The notes under the pieces: generated by a model
Seen by the model: only the letters and a program-made list of their open reading frames with translations
Told to the model about the DNA's origin: nothing
The model's database searches: none
Shown: piece by piece, positions 55,771-64,000 of the stretch
Position numbering within the stretch: position 1 is the stretch's first letter
Layout of the letters: the number at the start of each line of letters is the position of its first letter
Assembly (NCBI GenBank): GCA_051745855.1
Contig: JBNJEK010000001.1
Location: forward strand, 9,683 to 73,682
Reading direction: 5' to 3'
DNA length: 64,000 nt
Source of the DNA: Armatimonadota bacterium
GTDB lineage: Bacteria; Armatimonadota; Zipacnadia; Zipacnadales; UBA5352
Translations under genes and position numbers: made by a program

Positions 55771-58700
55771 ATGGTCATGAAAAGGTCTGCGTTCACCGGC
55801 CTGCCGGAAGCAGTTTGCCTCTGTCTGCTGGTGCTGACGGGCATGTCCGCAGCGGCAGCGTCGCTCGACGAGGCGAAGCAGGCGATCGCGTCCGGGGATG
55901 CCGCCGGCGCGGCCGCGATGCTGTCGGAGATCGTGGAGGCGTCGCCGGATCAGCTTGCCGCGCAGTTCTGGCTCGGGCGCGCGCGTTTGGAACTGGGCGA
56001 CCTCAGGGGCGCGGTGTCGGCATTCGAGAATGTTCTCGCGGAGAAACCGGAGTCGGTTGAGTCGCGCTACTGGCTTGCGGAGGTGCTGCTGCGGCAGCGA
56101 CGCTACGCGGAGGCGCGGTCTCACCTCCAGAAGGTTCTTGAGCAGGATCCCGCGCACACGCAGGCACAGAGCGCCCTTGCGGGAGTGCAGGAGGAGCTTG
56201 ACCGCCAGGAGAGCTTGCTCGGGGGTATGCAAAGTGACTGGGTCTTTCCGGCGGACAATCGCATGGTGGCCCTTGAGACAGCGGGGTTGAAGGTCGAACC
56301 TGGCGAGGTGGACATTTACTCTGACCACGTCTACGACTACACCTTCTCCGACCCGCCGACCGACTGGCTGACCGCCGGTGGTCTCTGGGAGGCCACGAGC
56401 CGCTGGACCTGCAGTCCTCAGTGGTCGTGGTTCGGCGGATTCCAGCAGCACGGTCTCGCCGCGCTCTGGAACAAGCGGCAGTTCACGGGAGACATCACCG
56501 TCGAGGTACACGCTGCGTTCAAGATGGGCGTGCATCCGGCGGCGCGATCGTACCGCAACCCCAACGACATGAACGTGACGATCTTCGGGGACGGGATCAA
56601 CCCCTCGAGCGGGTACTCGTTCATCTACGGTGGAGAGCTTAACAGTGCATCGCGCATTATGAAGGGCACGGAGGTGCTGGCCGAGAACCGCGCCCCGGAG
56701 GCGTTGCTGCCGATCTTCGAGGACGGATATCCGTCCACCTACGAGTTTCACCGGAAGTGGTGGATGCTCCGTGCGAGGAAGGCCGGGGACACGCTGACCT
56801 TCTGGGTAGATGATGTGAAGGTGGCCGAGGTGACCGACCCTGATCCGCTCGAGACCGGTCGGGTCGCCATCTGGGCGCGTGACAACGGTCTGATCCTGTC
56901 GCGGATCAAGATTTACTACGAGGGTGAGCAGATCCCGCGGGATCCCATCCCGATGGGGCACCTTGCAGTACGACCGGAAACACAAGTCCACGCGCGACAG
57001 GCCACGATCTCAAGCAGCACGCATCCGGCGCGCGCGACTGACTTCGAGACGGACCTCGCCGGCGTCTCCACCCGCGACGGCGACCAGGGCGCGATGGTCA
57101 CACTCGCCGCGCCAGGTTCGGACGGCACCGGCCGCTGCGCGAAGCTCGTCAATACGTACGCGGGCGGGACTTTCGCGGCGAATCTGCGTGAGGGGCGCTT
57201 CGATCTGCACGAGTTTCCGCGCCTGGCCTTTGACTATCGCCTCGATCCTCAGGCGAAGGTGAATCTGCACCTGACGGTGGATGGTGAGCCGTGTGAGATC
57301 ACTTTCTCCGGACTTGAGACACCGGCTGGTGGACGAACGCTGCTTGGCAGGGTCTCGGGCGTGCGGGCAGACGGGCAATGGCATCACGTGGAGTTCGACC
57401 TGCTCGGACATGCGGAGCGGGCCTTCGGGCCCGACGCGAAGCTCGTGGCCAGCGATCTTTTCATCGGCAACATGTCCAGCGAGGGATATCTTGACGCAGG
57501 CTTTGGTGGGAATCACGCAGGCACAACGATCTGTCTTGACAACCTCGCACTGCTCAAGCCCGGCGGCGGTGACGTGGAGGTGGCTGCAAAGGCCGCGTCG
57601 GGAGTGAGTGTCGATGGCTGGGCGATCAGCTTCGATCAGGACCCGACCGGGCGGCCTGGCGCGGAAGTGACATCGGAGGATGGAACCGCGAGCTTCAGCG
57701 CCGAGGAAGACGGTGTGTGGTATGTTCACGCGATGCCGAGGCTGGCGGAGGATGAGTGGGGAGAGGTCGAACACCTGCCGATCAGACGGGACACCACGCC
57801 GCCGCGGATCGTCTCGGTGGAACCCGGAGGCGACGTGCTCGGCGACGGCGGGCCGGTGCGGATCCATCTCAGTGACGGCGACGGGATCGGCGTCGATCCG
57901 GCGAGCGTGAAGCTGCAGGTGGGGGAGCGCGAGCTGACGATTGAGGACACAGCAGTGAGCTTTGATCCTGCGTCCGAGACACTCAGCGTAGATGTCGCGC
58001 GGCTGGGAGAGACGTTCCCCTCAGGCGGGACGTTGCAGGTGACGCTGCTGGAGCTTGCGGACCGCAATCAGAACGCGGTTCGCGAGGAGAGCTGGGCCTT
58101 CGAGGTCGGCCCCGAGGTGGATAAGGCATCGCCGCCCGCGCCGCAGATCGTGGTGGGCGATGTGCCGGTGATCGCCAACGACTTTGAGGACGGGATGGGC
58201 GAGTGGAGCAACTGGGGTGCCGAGGGCGGGGCGGTCCTGAGCCTCGACCCGACGACCGCAGCGAGCGGCGAGCAGTCGCTGAAGCTTTACAATCCGACGA
58301 ACGGAGGGAGCTTCGGCGCGTATGTCCGAAAGACGGCCTTCGACGCGGGGCGCTACCGCGTGGTGCGTTTCGCGTACAAGATCCCCGAGCGGTTGCGCGC
58401 CGATCTGATGGTGCATGTGAACGGCTCGCGCAAGAGCATCCGATTCACCGACACGGACAGCAGCTACGAGCGGATCGGCGAGATCGAGGATGTGCGAGCG
58501 GACAATCAGTGGCATACCGCCGAGTTTAACCTTTACGAGATGCTCCGCCGGGATGACCCGCACGCGCCCGGGTACAGGGTCCTGCAGATGTGGATCGCCG
58601 ACAGCGGATGGACCTCGAATGCGCCGGGACAGAGCTATCACATCGATGACTTTGAGTTGATCCCGATCGTGAGCGCGGCGGAGCCGCTGCGTCTCGCATG

Positions 58701-60027
58701 GAATGTGCTGGATCTCACGGGCCTGGCGGGCGTCAACTGGACGATCACCGACAGTCCAGTGACTGAGTTGCCGGAGAAGCTGGCGACCACGGACGCGCAT
58801 GTTGAGTACGCTGAGGGTGGCGAGGTGGACGGCTGGCTGCATGTGCGGGCGCAGAACTCGGCGGGCGCCTGGTCGGAGACGGCACATCGGCGGCTGCTGG
58901 TTGACAGCACGCGTCCGACGGCCGCGCAGTTGTCGCCGGCGGCGGATGCGACGACCGCCACCTCGATCGTCGAACTGGAACTTGAGGATGACGGCATCGC
59001 GGGGGTCGATCCGGCGAGCATTGTGCTTGATGTCGGCGGGACGGACTATAAGGTGAGCAACACCGGGCTCACCTACCGCTCTGACCAGGGGCGGCTTGTG
59101 TGGAACTGCGAGGAGACCGCACCGTCGCCGGTGGTGTTCGAAGATGGAGCGGTGGTGGATGTTGCGTTGAAGTCGGCCAGCGACTACGCTGGCAATCCGG
59201 TGACGGGGCTACCGACGTGGACGTGGACGATGGACTACGCGCAGGACAAGCGTCCGCCTCAGATCGCTGAGATCGACTGCAGCACGCATCGGTCGCACAT
59301 TGCGCACACCTTCGAGGACGGCGTCGAGGGATGGGGCAACCGAGGCGGCGGTGAGGGCGCGAGCGTGGAGCATGACACGTCCACCGCCGCGAGCGGAGAG
59401 GGCAGTGTGAAGCTCACGCAGCAGCAGGACGGCGGACACATGCAGGCGCTGCTGACATCCGACGGCTTCGATGCCGAGCGCTTCCCGGTGATCGCCTTCG
59501 ACTACCGCTTCGACCCTGGAGTGAAGCTCGACCTGCTGGTTCATATGAACGGTCAGTGGCGTGCGATCGCGATGACCGACGATCCGAACGGCTCGATCGG
59601 GCGCGTGCCGGGGATGCGCGCGGATGGCAAGTGGCACCACGCATCGGTGAACATCGCTCCGATGCTGAGGCGGCATCAGCGCCGGGGCCCGATGGATGTG
59701 ACGGCGGTCATCGTGGGCGATCGCAACAGCCTTGACAACAAGAAGGGCGCGACGGCGCACTTCGACAACTTCGTCATCGGCAGCGTGGGGACGGTCAAGC
59801 CGGTCTTCCGCTGGAAGGCGACGGACACCACGGGGATCTCAGGGTACTCGTACGTGCTCGATCAGGAGCCGACGACGCAGCCTCCTCTCGAGACGATGGG
59901 GGACAGTGGGGCGAAAAGCTTCGAGGATCTCAAGAGCGGCCTGTGGTTCTTCCATGTGCGGGCGGTTGATGGCGCGGGCAACTGGGGTCCGACGTCACAC
60001 TACGCGATCATGCACTCGGCAGGCTGA
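55771..60027 (+). CDS. Giant secreted TPR / LamG / triple CBM-Ig-like repeat surface protein (1418 aa)
   Basis: It has a signal peptide, N-terminal TPR repeats and a DUF1080-like domain. Three paralogous units of about 330 aa follow, each Y_Y_Y-like, then Ig-like, then a CBM-like beta-sandwich (the CBM-like modules at about 57.03-57.56, 58.18-58.66 and 59.29-59.79 kb). GAGGAA lies 6 nt upstream. Confidence 0.85.
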   Translation: MVMKRSAFTGLPEAVCLCLLVLTGMSAAAASLDEAKQAIASGDAAGAAAMLSEIVEASPDQLAAQFWLGRARLELGDLRGAVSAFENVLAEKPESVESRYWLAEVLLRQRRYAEARSHLQKVLEQDPAHTQAQSALAGVQEELDRQESLLGGMQSDWVFPADNRMVALETAGLKVEPGEVDIYSDHVYDYTFSDPPTDWLTAGGLWEATSRWTCSPQWSWFGGFQQHGLAALWNKRQFTGDITVEVHAAFKMGVHPAARSYRNPNDMNVTIFGDGINPSSGYSFIYGGELNSASRIMKGTEVLAENRAPEALLPIFEDGYPSTYEFHRKWWMLRARKAGDTLTFWVDDVKVAEVTDPDPLETGRVAIWARDNGLILSRIKIYYEGEQIPRDPIPMGHLAVRPETQVHARQATISSSTHPARATDFETDLAGVSTRDGDQGAMVTLAAPGSDGTGRCAKLVNTYAGGTFAANLREGRFDLHEFPRLAFDYRLDPQAKVNLHLTVDGEPCEITFSGLETPAGGRTLLGRVSGVRADGQWHHVEFDLLGHAERAFGPDAKLVASDLFIGNMSSEGYLDAGFGGNHAGTTICLDNLALLKPGGGDVEVAAKAASGVSVDGWAISFDQDPTGRPGAEVTSEDGTASFSAEEDGVWYVHAMPRLAEDEWGEVEHLPIRRDTTPPRIVSVEPGGDVLGDGGPVRIHLSDGDGIGVDPASVKLQVGERELTIEDTAVSFDPASETLSVDVARLGETFPSGGTLQVTLLELADRNQNAVREESWAFEVGPEVDKASPPAPQIVVGDVPVIANDFEDGMGEWSNWGAEGGAVLSLDPTTAASGEQSLKLYNPTNGGSFGAYVRKTAFDAGRYRVVRFAYKIPERLRADLMVHVNGSRKSIRFTDTDSSYERIGEIEDVRADNQWHTAEFNLYEMLRRDDPHAPGYRVLQMWIADSGWTSNAPGQSYHIDDFELIPIVSAAEPLRLAWNVLDLTGLAGVNWTITDSPVTELPEKLATTDAHVEYAEGGEVDGWLHVRAQNSAGAWSETAHRRLLVDSTRPTAAQLSPAADATTATSIVELELEDDGIAGVDPASIVLDVGGTDYKVSNTGLTYRSDQGRLVWNCEETAPSPVVFEDGAVVDVALKSASDYAGNPVTGLPTWTWTMDYAQDKRPPQIAEIDCSTHRSHIAHTFEDGVEGWGNRGGGEGASVEHDTSTAASGEGSVKLTQQQDGGHMQALLTSDGFDAERFPVIAFDYRFDPGVKLDLLVHMNGQWRAIAMTDDPNGSIGRVPGMRADGKWHHASVNIAPMLRRHQRRGPMDVTAVIVGDRNSLDNKKGATAHFDNFVIGSVGTVKPVFRWKATDTTGISGYSYVLDQEPTTQPPLETMGDSGAKSFEDLKSGLWFFHVRAVDGAGNWGPTSHYAIMHSAG

Positions 60028-60097
60028 TGAGCGCCGAAGATAACCCGGGCGGCGCCAGGCGCATGCGCTCGGCGCCGCCTTTTCGTGGGAGGGGAGC

Positions 60098-61777
60098 ATG
60101 GCACAGGCGCAATTGCGGGGTAACGCAGACGACAGCCGCGCGAAAATCGGGCGGATAGCCGGGATCGTGGTGGTGCTGGCGGTTGCGCTGGCCGTCCGGT
60201 TGATCGGCATCGGCTGGGGGCTGCCCGATGACACGCATCTCTTCTCCTATCACCCGGATGAGTTTCACTCGCTCCGCGGGGCACTTTCGTTGGCGCTTGG
60301 CGATGCGAATCCGCACTTCTTCAACTACGGCAGCCTCTACCTTTACCTCGTTGCGGCTGCCGCGGCCCTTGCCAATCCCACGCTCTTCTCACAGGTTGCC
60401 ACAGCGACACCCGGAGGCCCGGTGTTGCCTGAGGCCCTGCGCGAGTGGACCTTCGACGCCCGGATCGTGACGGTGTTGCTTGCGGTCGCGACGGTGGCGG
60501 TGGTGTACGCGACGGCTCGTCGGATCTGGGGGCATCGCGAGGGCCTCGCGGCGGGGCTGCTGCTGGCGCTGGCGCCGCTGCATGTGCTGCACTCGCACTA
60601 CGCGACGGTGGACGTGCCCGGTGCATTCTTCACCGCGTTGGCTTGTTATTTCGCGGTGGCGATGGTGGATGAGCTTAGCTGGCGGAATGTGTTGTGGGCG
60701 GGAGCGGCGTCGGGGCTCGCGGCGAGTATGAAGTACTCAGGCGGGGTGGCGCTGGTGGCGCCGCTGATGGCGTGGGCGATCGTCCGGTGGCGGAAGCGGG
60801 GAGGCGAAGAGGGCGCCTCGTGGAGAGCGTTGGTGGTGATGCCGCTTGTTGCTTTTGCGGCATTCGCATTGACCTCGCCTTACACGTTCATTGACTGGTC
60901 GAGCGCATGGCGTGACATCTCCTTTGAGATGCAACACATGCAGGCAGGCGACGACCCGGGGATGATCGCGCTTTACCCGAGCGGCTGGCTTTTCCATCTC
61001 GGCAACGTGGCACAGGGGAGCGGGTACATCATGCTCGCGGCCGCGGCGGTCGGCCTCGGCACGGGGCTTATGCTGAGACGTCGAGCGCTCTGGCCGCTGC
61101 TGGTGTTCGGCGTGCTGGTATTCGCGATGATCGGTGGCGCGCAGGTGCGTTACGCGCGTTACGCGGTCCCGCTTATACCCCTCGTGGCGGTGTTGGCGGG
61201 CGGAATCGTATCGGAGGACCTTTTCGCGGCGGTTCGCGGCGGCGCCTGGATCACCGCCGGAGCGATCTCAGTGTTGATGGTAGGTTCGGTGCTGGCCTCG
61301 GGGATGATGAGCTACCGCATGCTGGATCGGCTCGTCGCCACCAATGCTCGCGCACAGGCGCTGGAGGTGCTGGAGCGGGAGGTGCCTGAGAAGGGAAGGA
61401 TCGGGCTGATCACCGAGCCGTGGTTCTACCATCCGCCAGTGGACTACTGCAACGGCGGCGTGGCGTTGCGGAGCAACCCGCTCTGGGGAGCGTACCGCGA
61501 TCCGGTCCGCGATTTTGCGATCCTCGGCCTCGATGGCGAGGTCCTGCGCGAGCAGATGCCGGACGCGGTCGTTGTTACCAGGTTCGAGGTTGGCGTCCGC
61601 CTGGCGGCCGGGGATGAAGAGGCTGAGAACTTCATGCGTGTACTCGATGACTCGGGCTACGAGCGGATCAGCTGGTTCCTCAATGTGCCGTGGGGGAGGG
61701 GGGGCGCTCGGCCTCTCGCGCAGGATCTGACCTACCCCTTCCCGTGGATTGAACTGTGGATTCGCGAGGCCGACTGA
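60098..61777 (+). CDS. GT39/GT83-type (PMT/ArnT-like) membrane glycosyltransferase
   Basis: It has N-terminal TM helices with the DD/DE loop motif (GLPDDTHLFSYHPDE) and multiple TM helices. Confidence 0.8.
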   Translation: MAQAQLRGNADDSRAKIGRIAGIVVVLAVALAVRLIGIGWGLPDDTHLFSYHPDEFHSLRGALSLALGDANPHFFNYGSLYLYLVAAAAALANPTLFSQVATATPGGPVLPEALREWTFDARIVTVLLAVATVAVVYATARRIWGHREGLAAGLLLALAPLHVLHSHYATVDVPGAFFTALACYFAVAMVDELSWRNVLWAGAASGLAASMKYSGGVALVAPLMAWAIVRWRKRGGEEGASWRALVVMPLVAFAAFALTSPYTFIDWSSAWRDISFEMQHMQAGDDPGMIALYPSGWLFHLGNVAQGSGYIMLAAAAVGLGTGLMLRRRALWPLLVFGVLVFAMIGGAQVRYARYAVPLIPLVAVLAGGIVSEDLFAAVRGGAWITAGAISVLMVGSVLASGMMSYRMLDRLVATNARAQALEVLEREVPEKGRIGLITEPWFYHPPVDYCNGGVALRSNPLWGAYRDPVRDFAILGLDGEVLREQMPDAVVVTRFEVGVRLAAGDEEAENFMRVLDDSGYERISWFLNVPWGRGGARPLAQDLTYPFPWIELWIREAD

Positions 61778-61810
61778 TGACAGGTTGTGCGTCCGGTGGT
61801 ATGATCGTCA

Positions 61811-62278
61811 ATGATGAGCGTGAGCGAAGCGCCGAACCGGCTTCGAGGGCAGTGCAGCGTGAAATCCGCGCGCGACTACCGCGTTGAGGCGGCCGCGGTG
61901 CTGCTGATCTCGGCGGCCGTGCTGATCCTGGCACGGATCATGCAGCCAAGCCCGGCGGGGTTCGGCACACATGAGCAGCTTTTTGTGATCCCCTGCGCAT
62001 TTCGATGGCTGACGGGCCTGCCGTGCCCTGCCTGCGGTCTGACGACGGCGTTTGCCCTGATGTCCCGGGGCGAGGTTTTTGCGGCGTTTGGGGCGCATGT
62101 GCTCGGGCCGGCGCTTTATCTCTCGACGTGGGGGATGGCCCTGACCGCAGTCACGGCGCTTGCGCGAGGGAGGCCGGCGCTGCCGCAGTGGTTGCGCGGG
62201 AGCGATGGGGCGCGGGTCATGATGGTGCTGATCGGCACCGGCTGGGTGGCAAACCTCGCGATCCATCTTTTGCACTGA
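61811..62278 (+). CDS. DUF2752-like membrane protein (CPxCG motif)
   Basis: The LPCPACGLTTAF motif and 4 TM helices are present. Confidence 0.65.
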   Translation: MMSVSEAPNRLRGQCSVKSARDYRVEAAAVLLISAAVLILARIMQPSPAGFGTHEQLFVIPCAFRWLTGLPCPACGLTTAFALMSRGEVFAAFGAHVLGPALYLSTWGMALTAVTALARGRPALPQWLRGSDGARVMMVLIGTGWVANLAIHLLH

Positions 62279-62456
62279 TCTCGACTCAGATCGCGAGCAG
62301 GACCCGCACTGCGGAGAGAGCGCCGCACCGGGTGGGCGTCATTGGGGAGGCACTCCTCTCGCAGCAGGCGGGGGGCGGTTGTCGTCTTGCCCGCCAAAGC
62401 CGCGTTCGTTTATACTGACTGCCCACAGGCTTAGACGAACCGGGGGAATACTCAGG

Positions 62457-63863
62457 ATGACTGCTCCGCCTGCGACTATCAGACTCCGCTGCATCACCGG
62501 ACTGCTTCTCGTAGTGATGGGTCTCGTGTGCATCAGCCTTCCGGTCGGGGCCGACGGAGAGCCCTGGCGGCTCGGTGTGGACGATGTTGTGTCGGTGCAT
62601 GTGCTCCACCAGCCCGACTTCAGCGTGAATGAGGCGACCGTGAGGCCGGATGGCAGGATCAACGTGCCGGTTGCGGGCGAGGTGGTGGTGGCCGGGAGGA
62701 CGGTGGAGGAGGTCGCGGCACAGATCGAGGACGCATTGCGCGAGGAACTCCGTGAGCCGCGGGTTTCGGTGCGCCTGGTCAGGCGGCATGTGAAGCCGAT
62801 CTACGTGCTGGGGGCGGTGCGCGCGCCCGGTGCGGTGGAGGTGCGTGAGCCGGTGACCGTCGCGGAGGCGATCGCACTCGCACAGGGCCTGAGTGACACG
62901 GCCGCTCCCCGCCAGGCAGTGTTGATCGACGAGGCCGGGGGAGGGCGACGCATCGATGTGTTGAAGGCTTTGCACAGACCCGAGGGCGGCGGCACTGTGA
63001 GGATCAGGCCCGGCGAGACCCTGCTGGTGAGCGCGCAGTTCCTGGTGACAGTGGTGGGACAGGTGGGGGTGTCTGGTCGCTATCCGGCCGAGGAGGGTGA
63101 CCGCGTGGCCGACGCGCTGGCCGCGGCGGGCGGACTGAGCGAGGATGCGGCGGAGGCGGGTTCGGTGGTTCGGGCAGACGGCGAGACGGTGGAGCTTGAC
63201 CTTGAGGCGCTCCTCGACCGCGGCGAAGAAGGAAGCAACGTTGCGCTGCTGCCCGGTGACATGATTGTTGTGCCGCGGGCACGCCGCCGGGTCGCGCTGG
63301 TCGGGGCGCTCAACCAGTCCGGCAAGTATGACTTTGATCCCGGCGATCGTGTGTCAGATGCATTGGCCCTCGGGGGGGATGTTGCGGAGGATGCACTACC
63401 GCGCTCCGCGATGCTGCTGCGACAGGACGGCACCTCGCGCCGGGTTGACGTGGAGGCTCTGCTGCAGGCGAGCGAGGGCGCCGAGAATCCGGAGTTGAGA
63501 GACGGCGACACACTCGTGCTGCCACGGGCGACGGATCGGATCGCGGTGGTGGGGATGGTCGCCAGCCCCGGGCCGCTTCTGCTCGAGCCGGAGATGACGG
63601 TGATGGACGCGATCGCGGCGGCGGGTGGCTGGGAGGCGGAGAAGGCGCATCCTGAGAGGACGATCCTGTGGCGTCAGACCACGGACGGCGTGGAGATGGC
63701 TCATGTGAACGCCAGGAAGCTTCTGCGCGGAGAGGAGGGCGTGGACAATCCGGTGCTGGCAGCCGGAGACATCGTCTTCGTGCCGCGCGATGCATCGATC
63801 ACGCTTGACGAGGTCGCTCGACTGCTGCTGGGCGTCTCCGGCCTGCTGCGCGTCGCATTCTGA
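62457..63863 (+). CDS. Polysaccharide export protein (Wza-like, multiple SLBB domains)
   Basis: It has a signal peptide, a Poly_export domain (LGVDDVVSVHV...DGRINVPVAGEVVVAGRTVEEV) and repeated SLBB units (GDMIVVPR, GDTLVLPR, GDIVFVPR). Confidence 0.85.
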   Translation: MTAPPATIRLRCITGLLLVVMGLVCISLPVGADGEPWRLGVDDVVSVHVLHQPDFSVNEATVRPDGRINVPVAGEVVVAGRTVEEVAAQIEDALREELREPRVSVRLVRRHVKPIYVLGAVRAPGAVEVREPVTVAEAIALAQGLSDTAAPRQAVLIDEAGGGRRIDVLKALHRPEGGGTVRIRPGETLLVSAQFLVTVVGQVGVSGRYPAEEGDRVADALAAAGGLSEDAAEAGSVVRADGETVELDLEALLDRGEEGSNVALLPGDMIVVPRARRRVALVGALNQSGKYDFDPGDRVSDALALGGDVAEDALPRSAMLLRQDGTSRRVDVEALLQASEGAENPELRDGDTLVLPRATDRIAVVGMVASPGPLLLEPEMTVMDAIAAAGGWEAEKAHPERTILWRQTTDGVEMAHVNARKLLRGEEGVDNPVLAAGDIVFVPRDASITLDEVARLLLGVSGLLRVAF

Positions 63864-63866
63864 GGA

Positions 63867-64000
63867 TTATGACTGAATCTTCCGGCGAATCGGCGACTTT
63901 GCGCGAGCACCTGCGGATACTGCGACGCCGGGGTTGGTTGCTGCTTGGCGTGGTGGCAATCTGCGTCGGAGGGGCCGCGGCATGGGCGTTTATCACGCAT
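63867..64000 (+). CDS. Wzz/GumC-like chain-length determinant, N-terminal fragment
   Basis: The N-terminus MTESSGESATLREHLRILRRRGWLLLGVVAICV matches the Wzz N-terminal TM. It is truncated by the window end. Confidence 0.45.

Noticed and set aside
1-64000. CRISPR array / tRNA / rRNA
   Set aside because: I saw no regularly spaced identical repeats of 25-40 bp. No GTTCGAATC-type T-loop with cloverleaf context stood out in intergenic regions. The only periodic repeat (28465-28545) has 10-bp degenerate units, far too short for CRISPR.

Overview
This is a 64-kb, roughly 66% GC bacterial window. It is densely coding on both strands, and many starts are preceded by strong GGAGG-type Shine-Dalgarno motifs. 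I found no rRNA, tRNA or CRISPR array. The gene content is typical of a glycan-scavenging environmental bacterium with an expanded set of secreted and surface proteins: an S1-type sulfatase, a GAF protein, a CBM-fused glycoside-hydrolase-like protein plus a BNR/sialidase-like protein, two Gfo/Idh/MocA oxidoreductases, two xylose-isomerase-like TIM-barrel proteins, an aldo/keto reductase, alpha/beta hydrolases, an FAD oxidoreductase, an alpha-glucan phosphorylase, a beta-lactamase-family serine hydrolase, a PQQ-type beta-propeller lipoprotein and a secreted WD40 protein. A housekeeping island carries ilvE, clpC, a yacL-like PIN/TRAM gene and fused ispDF. From about 39.8 kb to the end of the window lies a large Wzx/Wzy-type exopolysaccharide locus. 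It contains one GT2 and four GT4 glycosyltransferases, a MurJ/Wzx-like flippase, a Wzy/O-antigen-ligase-like gene, a Wza-like exporter, the N-terminus of a Wzz-like gene and a GT39/ArnT-like transferase. Several unusual elements are embedded in this locus: an orphan E1-beta subunit, an ACP followed by two tandem alpha/beta hydrolases with non-canonical nucleophile residues, lipB, and giant secreted TPR/LamG/CBM-repeat proteins. The most interesting candidate system is a tightly packed minus-strand operon of Fe-ADH, split transketolase, an RpiB-family isomerase and a TauE/SafE exporter (21.0-25.2 kb). It matches the gene logic of the transketolase-dependent sulfoquinovose (sulfo-TK) sulfoglycolysis pathway. 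Other notable non-coding features are a 182-bp element bounded by perfect 19-bp inverted repeats upstream of ilvE, recurring AAACGGC/AACGAC motif arrays in three intergenic regions (one with clear 10-bp phasing), and two small membrane-peptide genes with strong RBSs.
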